A stretch of DNA of 64,000 nt from an uncultured Gemmatimonadaceae bacterium (GTDB taxonomy: Bacteria; Gemmatimonadota; Gemmatimonadetes; Gemmatimonadales; Gemmatimonadaceae): assembly GCA_963822945.1 (NCBI GenBank), contig CAWGJO010000020.1, positions 672,001 through 736,000 on the forward strand, in the 5' to 3' direction. The notes beneath the pieces were generated by a model, which was not told where the DNA came from, made no database searches, and worked only from the letters and a program-made list of their open reading frames with translations. The position numbers and the translations under genes are program-made. Positions 32,261 to 41,277 of the stretch are shown here, piece by piece (positions within the stretch are counted from its first letter, which is position 1; the number at the start of each line of letters is the position of its first letter).

Positions 32261-33553
32261 ATGAAACGCCGCCATTTCATCGCCACGTCCGCCGGCGCCG
32301 TGGGCGCGCTCGCCATCGGGTGCACGCCAACCGGCGCGGTGGCATCGTCGCAGCGCGATGGCGATGACGGCATGGCTCCGGTGCCGGCGTCCATCCGGGA
32401 TCTCCAGCCCCTGGGGCCAGCGCCGGTGCCGATTGCCAGAGCCGAACGCGAAGCCCGTATCGAGAAGGCCCGGGAGCTCATGGCCGCGAACCATCTCGAC
32501 GCGATCTTCATGGAGGGCGGCACCAGTCTGTTCTACTACACCGGTGTCCGCTGGGGGCTGAGCGAGCGCACCTTCGGCATCGTCATTCCGCGCAAGGGCG
32601 AGATCGCCTGGGTCACGCCCGCGTTCGAGGAGGCGCGGGCCAAGGAGCTCATTCAGTTCGGCACCGACATCCGTACCTGGCAGGAGGACGAGAGCCCCTT
32701 CGCGCTGGTGGCCGGCATTCTCCGGGATCGCGGTGTGGCTACGGGACGCGTGGGAATGGAGGAGCGGGTCCGCTTCTTCGTCGCGGATGGGATTCACCTC
32801 GAGGCCCCGCACCTGCAGGTTGCCAGCGCCACGCCGGTGACTGCCGGGTGCCGCATGATCAAGTCGCCGGCCGAGATTGCGCTCATGCAGCACGCCAACG
32901 ACATCACGATCACCGCCTACAAGGCGGCCTGGCAGACGCTGCGCGAGGGGATGTCACAGGATGAGCTCGCGCGCAACATCACCACGGCATTCAACAAGCT
33001 GGGCGCGGACGGCGACGTGAGCGTGCAGTTCGGCAAGTACACGGCGTTCCCCCACGGCAGCGCGACGCCGCAGCACCTGAAGGAAGGCGACGTGGTGATG
33101 ATCGACGACGGCGTGAAGGTCGAGGGGTACACCTCGGACATCACTCGCACGGGCGTATTCGGCACACCCACGCAGCGACAGCGCGACATCTGGGATCTCG
33201 AACGACACGCTCAGGACGCGGGGTTCAGGGCGGCGCAGGTCGGCGTGCCATGCGAAGACGTGGACGCGGCCGCCCGGAAAGTGATCACCGACGCCGGTTT
33301 CGGGCCCGGCTACAAGGTGCCCGGCCTGCCGCACCGCACGGGCCACGGCATCGGCCTCGACGGGCACGAGTGGACCTACTTCGTGAAGGGCAACAAGACG
33401 GCGATCCAGCCTGGCATGTGCTTCAGCGACGAACCCACGATCGCGATCTACGGCGAATTCGGGATCCGGCTGGAAGACTGCCTCCACATCACGGAAGACG
33501 GCCCCAAGTTCTTCACGGCGCAGGCGCCGTCGCTTGATCAGCTGTTCGTCTGA
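32261..33553 (+). CDS. M24 Xaa-Pro peptidase family protein, Tat lipoprotein
   Basis: MKRRHFI Tat motif + LAIGC lipobox; SDITRT, HRTGHGIGLDGHE, FSDEP, GIRLED; RBS AGGAG. Confidence 0.92.
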   Translation: MKRRHFIATSAGAVGALAIGCTPTGAVASSQRDGDDGMAPVPASIRDLQPLGPAPVPIARAEREARIEKARELMAANHLDAIFMEGGTSLFYYTGVRWGLSERTFGIVIPRKGEIAWVTPAFEEARAKELIQFGTDIRTWQEDESPFALVAGILRDRGVATGRVGMEERVRFFVADGIHLEAPHLQVASATPVTAGCRMIKSPAEIALMQHANDITITAYKAAWQTLREGMSQDELARNITTAFNKLGADGDVSVQFGKYTAFPHGSATPQHLKEGDVVMIDDGVKVEGYTSDITRTGVFGTPTQRQRDIWDLERHAQDAGFRAAQVGVPCEDVDAAARKVITDAGFGPGYKVPGLPHRTGHGIGLDGHEWTYFVKGNKTAIQPGMCFSDEPTIAIYGEFGIRLEDCLHITEDGPKFFTAQAPSLDQLFV

Positions 33554-33649
33554 CCGGGGAGCCGGGCCGATCGGCGCCCCGCGGCACACGCCCGCCTGTC
33601 GCGATACGCCCCGGCATGATAGTTTCGCGATTCCAACCCATATGCGGAG

Positions 33650-34336
33650 TTGAATGTCGTGCACACACGAATCTCTCTCATGCTGGCAACCGTGGCCGGC
33701 GTGGCGGCTCTGGCAGCCTCGCCGGCCCGCGCCACGGCGCAGGGCACGTTCGAAGGCGTCGTGACCTTTCAGATGCACGCTGGGCCGGACGGCCAGCAGA
33801 CCATGCAGTACTCCGTCAAAGGCGACAAGGTGCGGATGGACGTCTCGGCGCGGGGAATGCAGATGTTCGCGCTCTTCGACGGCGCGACGAAGACGATGGA
33901 CATGGTCATCCCCATGCGGCAGATGTACATGGAACGCAGTGCCGCAGACGCCCAGGCGATGGTCGACTCCGCGGTCGCCGCGAGCAAGATCCACTGGACG
34001 GGCCGGAAGGAGACCATTGCCGGCTACGAATGCGAGCACGCCACCTTCACCGACCAGAAGGGTCAGGCCACCGATGTGTGTCTCGCCAAGGGGCTCGGGA
34101 CATTCGTCCCGATGGGTGGAGGCCCCGGCGGACGCGGCCGCGGCGCCATGAGCGGCGGCTGGGAAAGCCGTATCGGTCAGCAGTTTCCGCTCAAGGTCGT
34201 GCAGGACGGCAATGTGGAGCTACTGGTCACGAGCGTCGAGAAGAAGCCGCTCGACGATTCGCTCTTCACCATCCCCGCTGGCTATCAGAAGATGGAGATG
34301 CCGATGGGGGGCCGGCGGGGTCGCGGCGGGCGCTGA
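33650..34336 (+). CDS. DUF4412-like exported protein
   Basis: Signal peptide, FEGVVT, TGRKETIAGYECE, LFTIPAGY; start may be GTG 33659. Confidence 0.7.
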   Translation: MNVVHTRISLMLATVAGVAALAASPARATAQGTFEGVVTFQMHAGPDGQQTMQYSVKGDKVRMDVSARGMQMFALFDGATKTMDMVIPMRQMYMERSAADAQAMVDSAVAASKIHWTGRKETIAGYECEHATFTDQKGQATDVCLAKGLGTFVPMGGGPGGRGRGAMSGGWESRIGQQFPLKVVQDGNVELLVTSVEKKPLDDSLFTIPAGYQKMEMPMGGRRGRGGR

Positions 34337-34432
34337 CCGCCACGACGTCGCGGCAGCCGCCGCGGCCGGTGGGCCCGGCGAGCGTCGCCCCCGCGGCGGC
34401 GCTCGCCCCCCGGGGCCGTCACCGAAACGGGG

Positions 34433-35794
34433 TCAGTACTTGCCGAGGTACTCGTCCACTTCCCAGCGGCTCACCTGCGAGATGTAGTGCCGCCATTCGA
34501 GCCGCTTGGCGGCCAGGAAGTGCTGCGTGACGTGATCGCCGAGCGCATCGCGGATCACCTGACTCTTTTCCAGTTCGTTGCACGCCTCATTGAGATCATG
34601 CGGCAGATCGTCGATCCGCAGACGTCGCTTCTCGCGGTGCGACATCTCCCAGATGTTCTCGTTCACCGGCTCGCGCCAATCCGCCTCGGTCTCGATGCCG
34701 TCCAGCCCGGCGGCGAGCATCGCGGCGAGCGCCAGGTAGGGATTTGCCGACGGATCGGGAACGCGATGTTCCACCCGCGTCCCCGATCCACGACGCTCCG
34801 GAATGCGCAGCATCGGGGAGCGGTTGCGCATCGACCAGGCCACGTTCACCGGAGCCTCGTATCCCGGCACCAGCCGCTTGTAGGAGTTCACCAACGGATT
34901 GGTGATGGCGCAGTACGCGCGTGCGTGCTTCAGCAGTCCGCCGATGTAGTGGAGCCCCGTTTTCGAGAGCTCCCACTCGGCCTTCGGATCCCAGAACGCG
35001 TTGTCGGCGCCCCGGAACAGCGATTGATGCGTATGCATGCCGCTGCCGTTCTGTCCGAAGATCGGCTTCGGCATGAACGACGCGAACAATCCGAACTGCT
35101 GGGCCACGTACTTCACCACGAATCGGAACGTCGCGATGTTGTCGGCCGTCGTCAGCGCGTCGGCATAGCGGAAGTCGATTTCATGTTGGCCGTGCGCTAC
35201 CTCGTGATGCGCCGCCTCGACCTCGAAGCCCATGCGTTCGAGCGTGTCCACGATCGCACGGCGCGCATCCTCGCCCAGATCCACGGGGGCCAGGTCGAAG
35301 TAGCTGCCCACGTCGTGCGTGCGCGTGGTCGCTTCCCCATCGGGGCCCCGCTTGAACATGAAGAACTCGGCCTCCATGCCCGCATTCATCGACAGACCCA
35401 TGTCCGCGGCGCGCGCCAACTGTCGCTTGAGCACGCCGCGGGGATCGCCGGGAAAGGGCGTTCCGTCGGGGCGGTTGATGTCACAGATCACGCGACAGAC
35501 GCGGCTCTCGCCGTCGGTCCACGGGAAGACCACGAACGTGGACAGGTCGGGCGCCAGCAGCATGTCCGATTCCTCGATCCGCACGAATCCCTCGATCGAG
35601 GAGCCGTCGAACATTATGTCGCCCGCCAGAGCCTTCTCGAACTGCGACGACGGGATCTCGACGTTCTTGTTCACCCCCAGAATGTCGGTGAACTGGAGGC
35701 GCATGAACCGTACATTGAGCTTCTCGGCCAGCGCGAGAACGTCCTTCGCGGCAGCACCTGTCAGGTTGGGCGTCAACGAACGGGAAGCGGACAT
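34433..35794 (-). CDS. glnA: Glutamine synthetase type I (GSI-alpha-like)
   Basis: LQFTDILG, FDGSSIEGFVRIEESDM, HHEVAHGQHE, FMPKP..GQNGSGMH, NSYKRLVPGYEAP, PDPSANPYL. Confidence 0.95.
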   Translation of the reverse strand: MSASRSLTPNLTGAAAKDVLALAEKLNVRFMRLQFTDILGVNKNVEIPSSQFEKALAGDIMFDGSSIEGFVRIEESDMLLAPDLSTFVVFPWTDGESRVCRVICDINRPDGTPFPGDPRGVLKRQLARAADMGLSMNAGMEAEFFMFKRGPDGEATTRTHDVGSYFDLAPVDLGEDARRAIVDTLERMGFEVEAAHHEVAHGQHEIDFRYADALTTADNIATFRFVVKYVAQQFGLFASFMPKPIFGQNGSGMHTHQSLFRGADNAFWDPKAEWELSKTGLHYIGGLLKHARAYCAITNPLVNSYKRLVPGYEAPVNVAWSMRNRSPMLRIPERRGSGTRVEHRVPDPSANPYLALAAMLAAGLDGIETEADWREPVNENIWEMSHREKRRLRIDDLPHDLNEACNELEKSQVIRDALGDHVTQHFLAAKRLEWRHYISQVSRWEVDEYLGKY

Positions 35795-35944
35795 GCGAGG
35801 CGATGAGGGTCTGGGTCCGACGCCGGGCCCACACCCGGCGTCTCGTGTGCGCTTGAAGCTCCGTTGCGCACCCCGGAATGTCAAAGGGCGGCCGGCGCAA
35901 AACGACCCTCCCCTCGGCTTCTTCAGTCGCTAACTTTCCACCCC

Positions 35945-36775
35945 ATGAACGAACCTACATCGGCAAAGACCAGCCCTTGTCCGAACTGCGGAGAGCCGGC
36001 CAGCGGTCGGTTCTGTTCCAGTTGTGGCACGCCGCTCGGGGGTGTGGCCTGCGGCGCCTGCGGTGCGGAGCTCGCGGCGGGCGCCAAGTTCTGCCACAAG
36101 TGCGGAACGCCCGTCGCGCTTCCGGGCGCCCCATCCGGCGCCGCGGCAACTCCACCACCTCCCGGCGGCGCCACACCGGGCAAGAGCGGCGGCGACGCAC
36201 TGCCGTGGGCGGTGGCGGCCATCGCATTCCTGGCACTGATCGCCATGTTCGCCGGCCAGCGCTTCGCGCGGGCCGGATCCAATCCCGGTGGAAGCGGGGG
36301 CGGCACCCCTGCTGCAGGCGCCGCGTTGGGCCCCATGGGGCCGGCCCCTGACATCAGCCAGATGACCCCACAAGAACAGGCGAGCCGGCTCTACGACCGC
36401 ATCATCAGCGCCTATGAAGCCGGACACATGGATACCGTCCAGATGTTCGCGCCGATGGCGGTCGGAGCCTATCAGAATCTCGGCCAGTTGACGCTCGACG
36501 AGCGGTACGACCTGGGCCGCGTCGCTGAGGTCACCGGGGCCTATCCCCTCGCCGCAGCCGAGGCCGACACGATTCTCCAGAAGAATCCCAACCACCTGCT
36601 CGGCCTCATCCTCGCCGCTCAGGCCGCGCAGTCGTTGAATCAGCCTGCCGCCGAGAAGAAGTATCTCGATCGACTGGTCAAGGCGGCGCCGGCGGAACAG
36701 GCCAAGAAGCGTCCCGAGTACCAGCAGCACGAAAACGACATCAAGGCCGCACTCGCGCAAGCAAAGAAGCGCTGA
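35945..36775 (+). CDS. Double zinc-ribbon membrane protein with TPR-like C-terminus
   Basis: Four CxxC pairs (CPNC, CSSC, CGAC, CHKC), TM LPWAVAAIAFLALIAMF, helical tail. Confidence 0.75.
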   Translation: MNEPTSAKTSPCPNCGEPASGRFCSSCGTPLGGVACGACGAELAAGAKFCHKCGTPVALPGAPSGAAATPPPPGGATPGKSGGDALPWAVAAIAFLALIAMFAGQRFARAGSNPGGSGGGTPAAGAALGPMGPAPDISQMTPQEQASRLYDRIISAYEAGHMDTVQMFAPMAVGAYQNLGQLTLDERYDLGRVAEVTGAYPLAAAEADTILQKNPNHLLGLILAAQAAQSLNQPAAEKKYLDRLVKAAPAEQAKKRPEYQQHENDIKAALAQAKKR

Positions 36776-36799
36776 TTTCCGGCCACTTCAATCAAGGTG

Positions 36800-37636
36800 A
36801 TGACCCGTACCATTCACGTTGCCCACAGCCCCGACTCGGACGACGCGTTCATGTTCTACGCGCTGGCCGAGGGCAAGATCGATACCGAAGGGCTGCGCTA
36901 CGTCCACGAGCTCCAGGACATCGAGTCGTTGAACCAGCGCGCGCTGAAAGCCGAGCTCGAGGTAACGGCGGTCTCCATCCACGCCTACGCCTATCTCGCC
37001 GATCGCTACGCGCTCCTTCCGCACGGCGCTTCCATTGGTGACCGCTACGGTCCCCGCCTCGTGGCCCGACAGCCGATGACCCGGGACGACCTGCGCGGGA
37101 AGCGCATCGCCATTCCCGGCTACAAGACAACGGCGTATCTCGCACTTCGCCTCTTCCAACCTGAGTTCGAGCCTCTCCCCACGCCGTTCGATCAGATCGA
37201 AGACGTCGTGCTTGAAGGCAAGGCCGATGTGGGGCTGTTGATCCACGAGGGACAGCTCACCTTCGGCGACCGCGGCCTTCATCTGATACAGGACCTCGGA
37301 GAATGGTGGTTCCAGGAGACAGGACTGCCGCTCCCATTGGGCGGAAACGTCGTGAGAAAGGACCTCGGGGATGAACTTATCGCGAAAGTATCGCGACACC
37401 TACGCGCCAGTATAGCCTATGCGCTCGACCATAGAGCCGGAGCGCTGGACCACGCAATGAAATTCGCGCGCGGGCTCGATCGGTCCAAGGCAGATGCCTT
37501 TGTCGGGATGTACGTCAACGATTGGACCCTCGACTATGGAGATCGGGGCCGCGAGGCGGTTCGGCTCCTGCTGGAGCGGGGCGCCGAGGCCGGGGTCATT
37601 CCGCACCGCGTCAACGTCGAGTTCGTCGCCGAATAG
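36800..37636 (+). CDS. mqnD: 1,4-dihydroxy-6-naphthoate synthase (futalosine pathway)
   Basis: HSPDSDDAFMFYAL, DIESLN, YGP, IPG..TTAYL, LIHEGQLT, LPLPLG, MYVN. Confidence 0.88.
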   Translation: MTRTIHVAHSPDSDDAFMFYALAEGKIDTEGLRYVHELQDIESLNQRALKAELEVTAVSIHAYAYLADRYALLPHGASIGDRYGPRLVARQPMTRDDLRGKRIAIPGYKTTAYLALRLFQPEFEPLPTPFDQIEDVVLEGKADVGLLIHEGQLTFGDRGLHLIQDLGEWWFQETGLPLPLGGNVVRKDLGDELIAKVSRHLRASIAYALDHRAGALDHAMKFARGLDRSKADAFVGMYVNDWTLDYGDRGREAVRLLLERGAEAGVIPHRVNVEFVAE

Positions 37637-37761
37637 GAGCGGCCGGACCGCCGTGCCACCTGTTGGCGATCCGGGCGTGGATCCGGTGGCGACCTTGTGG
37701 TCGTCGTCAACGTCCGGGCATTCCAGTTCGTTCAGCTTTCAAGAACCTGATTTGCGGCCGC

Positions 37762-37790
37762 TTGACGGAACGACTCCCGGATTGTACTAG
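37762..37790 (+). promoter_or_regulatory. Putative sigma70 promoter TTGACG-N17-TACTAG
   Basis: Good -35 and 17-nt spacer, imperfect -10; about 135 nt upstream of the histone-like gene. Confidence 0.45.
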
Positions 37791-37925
37791 GGAGTTGTCG
37801 CGCCGGCGGTTGCCGAGCGACTCGGTGCAGGCGCCGGCGCGCAATCGCTCGGTTGTTTGCCGAATCAAACTGAAAACGACTGCGCATGCGCAGGAAATCT
37901 CTAGACCAAACTGAGGAGGCAGGCA

Positions 37926-38588
37926 ATGCCGCGGGGTGACGAGCTGCACGACGGGTTCGGGTTTTCCGACCGCGACGATGATTCGGAAGACCTGGGCTAT
38001 AGCGGTGGAGCGTCGTACGACGACGACGAGGAGGAGGACGGCGGCTGGATGACCCACAAGGACGACAGCGACGATCTGTGGGACAGCACCGAGGACGCCG
38101 AGGAAGAGGAGGAGGAGGCCGAGGTGTTCGCCGAATCCGGTGAGGAAGAGGAAGATGCGTTCGGCAGCCGGTCAGCATCGGCGGTCAAGCCGGCCGCCGC
38201 CGAAGCGCCGGCCAAGTCGGTAGCCCCGCCGGCGAAACCTGCCAAGGCTCCCGCGGCGGTCAAAGCCCCGGCGAAGCCAGCAGTCAAGAAGGCGCCGGTC
38301 AAGAAAGCAGTGAAGAAGGCGGCGAAGAAGAAGGTCGCCAAGAAGCCGGTGAAGAAGAAGCTGGCGAAGAAGGCCGCCAAAAAAGCGGTGAAGCGGAAGC
38401 CGGCGAAGAAGGCCGCCAAAAAGACGGTGAAGCGGAAGGCCCTCCGCAAACCGGCACGCAAGGCACCAAAGAAGAAGGCCGCCAAAAAGACGGCGAAGAA
38501 GAAGGTGGCCCGCAAGCCGGCCAGAAAACCGGCGCGCAAGGCGGCGAAGAAGGCCGCTCGGAAGCCGGCGAAGAAACGCCGCCGTTAG
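37926..38588 (+). CDS. Histone H1-like protein with acidic N-terminal half
   Basis: RBS GAGGAGG; D/E-rich first ~75 aa, then PAK/KKAAKK/ARKP repeats. Confidence 0.8.
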   Translation: MPRGDELHDGFGFSDRDDDSEDLGYSGGASYDDDEEEDGGWMTHKDDSDDLWDSTEDAEEEEEEAEVFAESGEEEEDAFGSRSASAVKPAAAEAPAKSVAPPAKPAKAPAAVKAPAKPAVKKAPVKKAVKKAAKKKVAKKPVKKKLAKKAAKKAVKRKPAKKAAKKTVKRKALRKPARKAPKKKAAKKTAKKKVARKPARKPARKAAKKAARKPAKKRRR

Positions 38589-38620
38589 ACGGCGGTTCGC
38601 CCGCCTCCACGGTGCGAGAG

Positions 38621-38658
38621 AGCAGCAGGAACCCGCCACACTCGGTTCCTGCTGCTTT
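38621..38658 (+). terminator. Intrinsic terminator
   Basis: AGCAGCAGGAACC-N10-GGTTCCTGCTGCT followed by TT. Confidence 0.75.
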
Positions 38659-38794
38659 CCTGTCTCCGCGCCATGGCGCCATACCGCACCGCCCAACGTA
38701 CGGTTGGCGTGGATGACGGCACCCCTCACCGCCACCTTCGGCGCTCGTTATTGTTGTCCCATGCCCACCGTCCGCCGCCCCCCTCGCCCGCTCG

Positions 38795-39343
38795 ATGTCT
38801 GACACCCCGGTGAACATGCTGCGTGCGCACTCTCGCCATGCGCCGTGGAACGCGCGCGGCCTGGCCGCGCACGCCACGGCGCTGGTCGACGCGGCGGGGA
38901 TGCGCCCCACCAACGCATCGGCCCGGGCAGCCCCGAGTGCCCGCGCCATTCGCTTCTACGTCGCGAGCGGCCTGCTCGATCATCCACAGGGCGCGGGCAC
39001 CGCCGCGACCTACGGCTACCGTCACCTGCTGCAACTCCTGGCCATCAAGATCCGGCAGCGCGAGGGGGCGACGCTCGAGACGATCAAGCAGGAAATGCAG
39101 GACGTCACGGGTGATGCCCTCGAGCGTCGCGTCGCCGCGTCGTTGGCGCCGGCGCTCGCCGTCGGGGCCGATGCGGCCGCGCAGACGCACGACGACGCGC
39201 CTGCCGCGGCCTGGCATCGCGTCGTGGTCGGCGACGGCATCGAGTTGCACGTCCGCGGAGACTCGCCCGCCGCCGATGCCGACGCACTCGTCGCGATGCG
39301 CGAGGCGGTGCGGGCTGCGCTGGGACGCGAGGAGTTCCGGTAG
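38795..39343 (+). CDS. MerR-like HTH regulator
   Basis: RAIRFYVASGLLDHP...ATYGYRHLLQLLAIK...G.TLETIK; C-terminal WHRVVVGDGIELHV. Confidence 0.75.
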   Translation: MSDTPVNMLRAHSRHAPWNARGLAAHATALVDAAGMRPTNASARAAPSARAIRFYVASGLLDHPQGAGTAATYGYRHLLQLLAIKIRQREGATLETIKQEMQDVTGDALERRVAASLAPALAVGADAAAQTHDDAPAAAWHRVVVGDGIELHVRGDSPAADADALVAMREAVRAALGREEFR

Positions 39344-39344
39344 G

Positions 39345-40049
39345 ATGCCCGAGGGCCTGACGCTGATCACCGGTGTCGGTCGCGCGGGACAGGTGGGAGA
39401 GGTGGTGGCCCGCACCTTCGCCGCCCGCGGGCATCACGTGCTGTTGGTGAGCCGCAAGGCCGACGAGGTCGAGGCGCGCGCCGACGCGATTCGCGCCGAG
39501 GGATTCGCCGCCAGTGCGTACGCCTGCGACCTCGCCGATGCCGCACAGGTGGACACGCTCACCCAACGCGTGGCCGCGGAGCACGGCCCCCGGCTCGACG
39601 CGCTCGTGAATCTCGCGGGAGGGTTCGCCAGTTCCGGGCCGGTTGCCGACAGCACGCCCGAGACGTGGGACCACCTCAGCCGGATCAATCTGCTCACCGC
39701 GTACACCACAACGCGCGCCTGCCTGCCGCTCCTCCGCCGCGGCCGGGGATCCGTCGTCTTCTTCGCCTCCGAAGCAGTGCTTCCCGGCGCAAAGGTGTCG
39801 GGCGTCTGGGCGTACGCCGCGGCGAAGACGGCCGTGGTCACCCTCATGCGGGCCGTGGCGCGCGAGGAGCAGGGAACCGGTGTTCGCGCCAATGCCGTGG
39901 CGCCGGCCGCCATTCGCACCGCTTCCAACCTCGACAGCATGGGCGACGCTGCTCGCTACGTCGAACGCGAGGACGTCGCCGACGCCGTCTGGTTCCTCTG
40001 CTCCGATGCGGCCCGGGCCGTCACCGGTCAGGTGATTCGGCTTGCCTGA
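39345..40049 (+). CDS. SDR family oxidoreductase
   Basis: ITGVGRAGQVG, NLAGG, YAAAK catalytic motif, RANAVAP, VTGQVI. Confidence 0.9.
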   Translation: MPEGLTLITGVGRAGQVGEVVARTFAARGHHVLLVSRKADEVEARADAIRAEGFAASAYACDLADAAQVDTLTQRVAAEHGPRLDALVNLAGGFASSGPVADSTPETWDHLSRINLLTAYTTTRACLPLLRRGRGSVVFFASEAVLPGAKVSGVWAYAAAKTAVVTLMRAVAREEQGTGVRANAVAPAAIRTASNLDSMGDAARYVEREDVADAVWFLCSDAARAVTGQVIRLA

Positions 40050-40094
40050 CCGCAAGCGCCCCCGGGTCGCTCCGCACCGGCCTCACCCCGTGCC

Positions 40095-40991
40095 ATGACC
40101 CCTCAGCCGCGTCGCCGTATCGCCCCCCGCAAGGTGACGCTCGACCGGTCGCTCGAAGAGATCCCGCTCTTCCGGCTCAGCGACACGCCGGAGGACGCGC
40201 CCGTGGTGTTCACCAGCCAGACCGGCGGGCGGTGGCGCGTGCTGCCCAATCCCGGAGACCGGCTGCCCGGCACGTTCGATCAGGACGTGTATATCGAGAT
40301 CATGCGTCGCTACCAGGAGGCGGGAAGCCCCGCTGACGGCGCCATCGGCTTCACGCTTCATGCGTTTCTGCACTCCATGGGACGCCAGGTGGATGGCCGT
40401 ACGTACGAACAACTTCGCTCGGCGCTCGTACGCCTCGAACGCACCATCCTCGAATCCACCTCGGCCTACTGGTTGGCAGCACGTGGCGCGACGCTCGACG
40501 GACAGTTCACCCTTCTGAGTTCGGTGTCCATCGAGCGCCGGCGGGCTGCGGATCGAAGCCAGTTGGCGCTCTTCGACACGATGATGGCGCCGGAGCCCGG
40601 CGAAGCCCGGGCGGTGATCGCTCCGGCGATCCGGGAGAATCTGGCCGCCCACCACACGGTGACGCTGTCGCTTCCCCGATATCTGGCCCTGAGATCCCCG
40701 GTGGCCCGCCGGCTATACCGGCTGCTGGAGCTGGCCCGCTCTGAGGGGCGCCTGGCGTGGCGGGTTTCGTTGGAGCGGCTCAAGGAACTGCTGCCGCTCG
40801 TCCAACGCTACCCGTCCCATCTGCAACGAGTGCTGCAGCCGGCCCACGACCTGCTGCTGGAATCCGGGGTTCTCCGGAGCGCCACCATTCAGCAGGAACA
40901 TCGGACCTGGTACGTGGGGTATGTACTCGGAAGCCGGATGCCGGCCCACGGGCCGGGGGACCGGGAGCAGCCCCCGGAAGCGCCAAAATGA
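40095..40991 (+). CDS. Replication initiator protein A-like (plasmid Rep-type winged helix) protein
   Basis: LEEIPLFRLS, LPGTFDQDVY, GRTYEQLRSALVRL, YLALRSPVARRLYRLL, LQPAHDLL pattern resembles RPA/TrfA-like initiators; recognised by pattern only. Confidence 0.65.
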   Translation: MTPQPRRRIAPRKVTLDRSLEEIPLFRLSDTPEDAPVVFTSQTGGRWRVLPNPGDRLPGTFDQDVYIEIMRRYQEAGSPADGAIGFTLHAFLHSMGRQVDGRTYEQLRSALVRLERTILESTSAYWLAARGATLDGQFTLLSSVSIERRRAADRSQLALFDTMMAPEPGEARAVIAPAIRENLAAHHTVTLSLPRYLALRSPVARRLYRLLELARSEGRLAWRVSLERLKELLPLVQRYPSHLQRVLQPAHDLLLESGVLRSATIQQEHRTWYVGYVLGSRMPAHGPGDREQPPEAPK

Positions 40992-41022
40992 ACGCCGGGG
41001 CGGGATCGGAGTACAACACGAC

Positions 41023-41244
41023 ATGGCTACCAAACTCACCCACGAAATCCGCCGCGAAATCACCATCGGCGACGAACCGTTCACTGTCGTCATCTCGCCG
41101 CAGGGCTTGCGGTTATCGCGCAAACGTTTCCGCTCCGGGCGCCAGCTGAGTTGGGAGGCGCTCTGGCGCGAGGGGACCCTGGAAGAAAGCAACGGATCGC
41201 AACCGGCGGACGCACCCGTGCCGGGAGGCGCCTCAACGGTATAG
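41023..41244 (+). CDS. Small hypothetical protein (73 aa)
   Basis: GGAG upstream; MATKLTHEIRREITIGDEPFTVVISPQGLRLSRKRFRSGRQLSWEALW looks like a folded beta-rich domain. Confidence 0.65.
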   Translation: MATKLTHEIRREITIGDEPFTVVISPQGLRLSRKRFRSGRQLSWEALWREGTLEESNGSQPADAPVPGGASTV

Positions 41245-41277
41245 TTTTCGAGAGCTTTCTTCACGGATCTACCGTTC

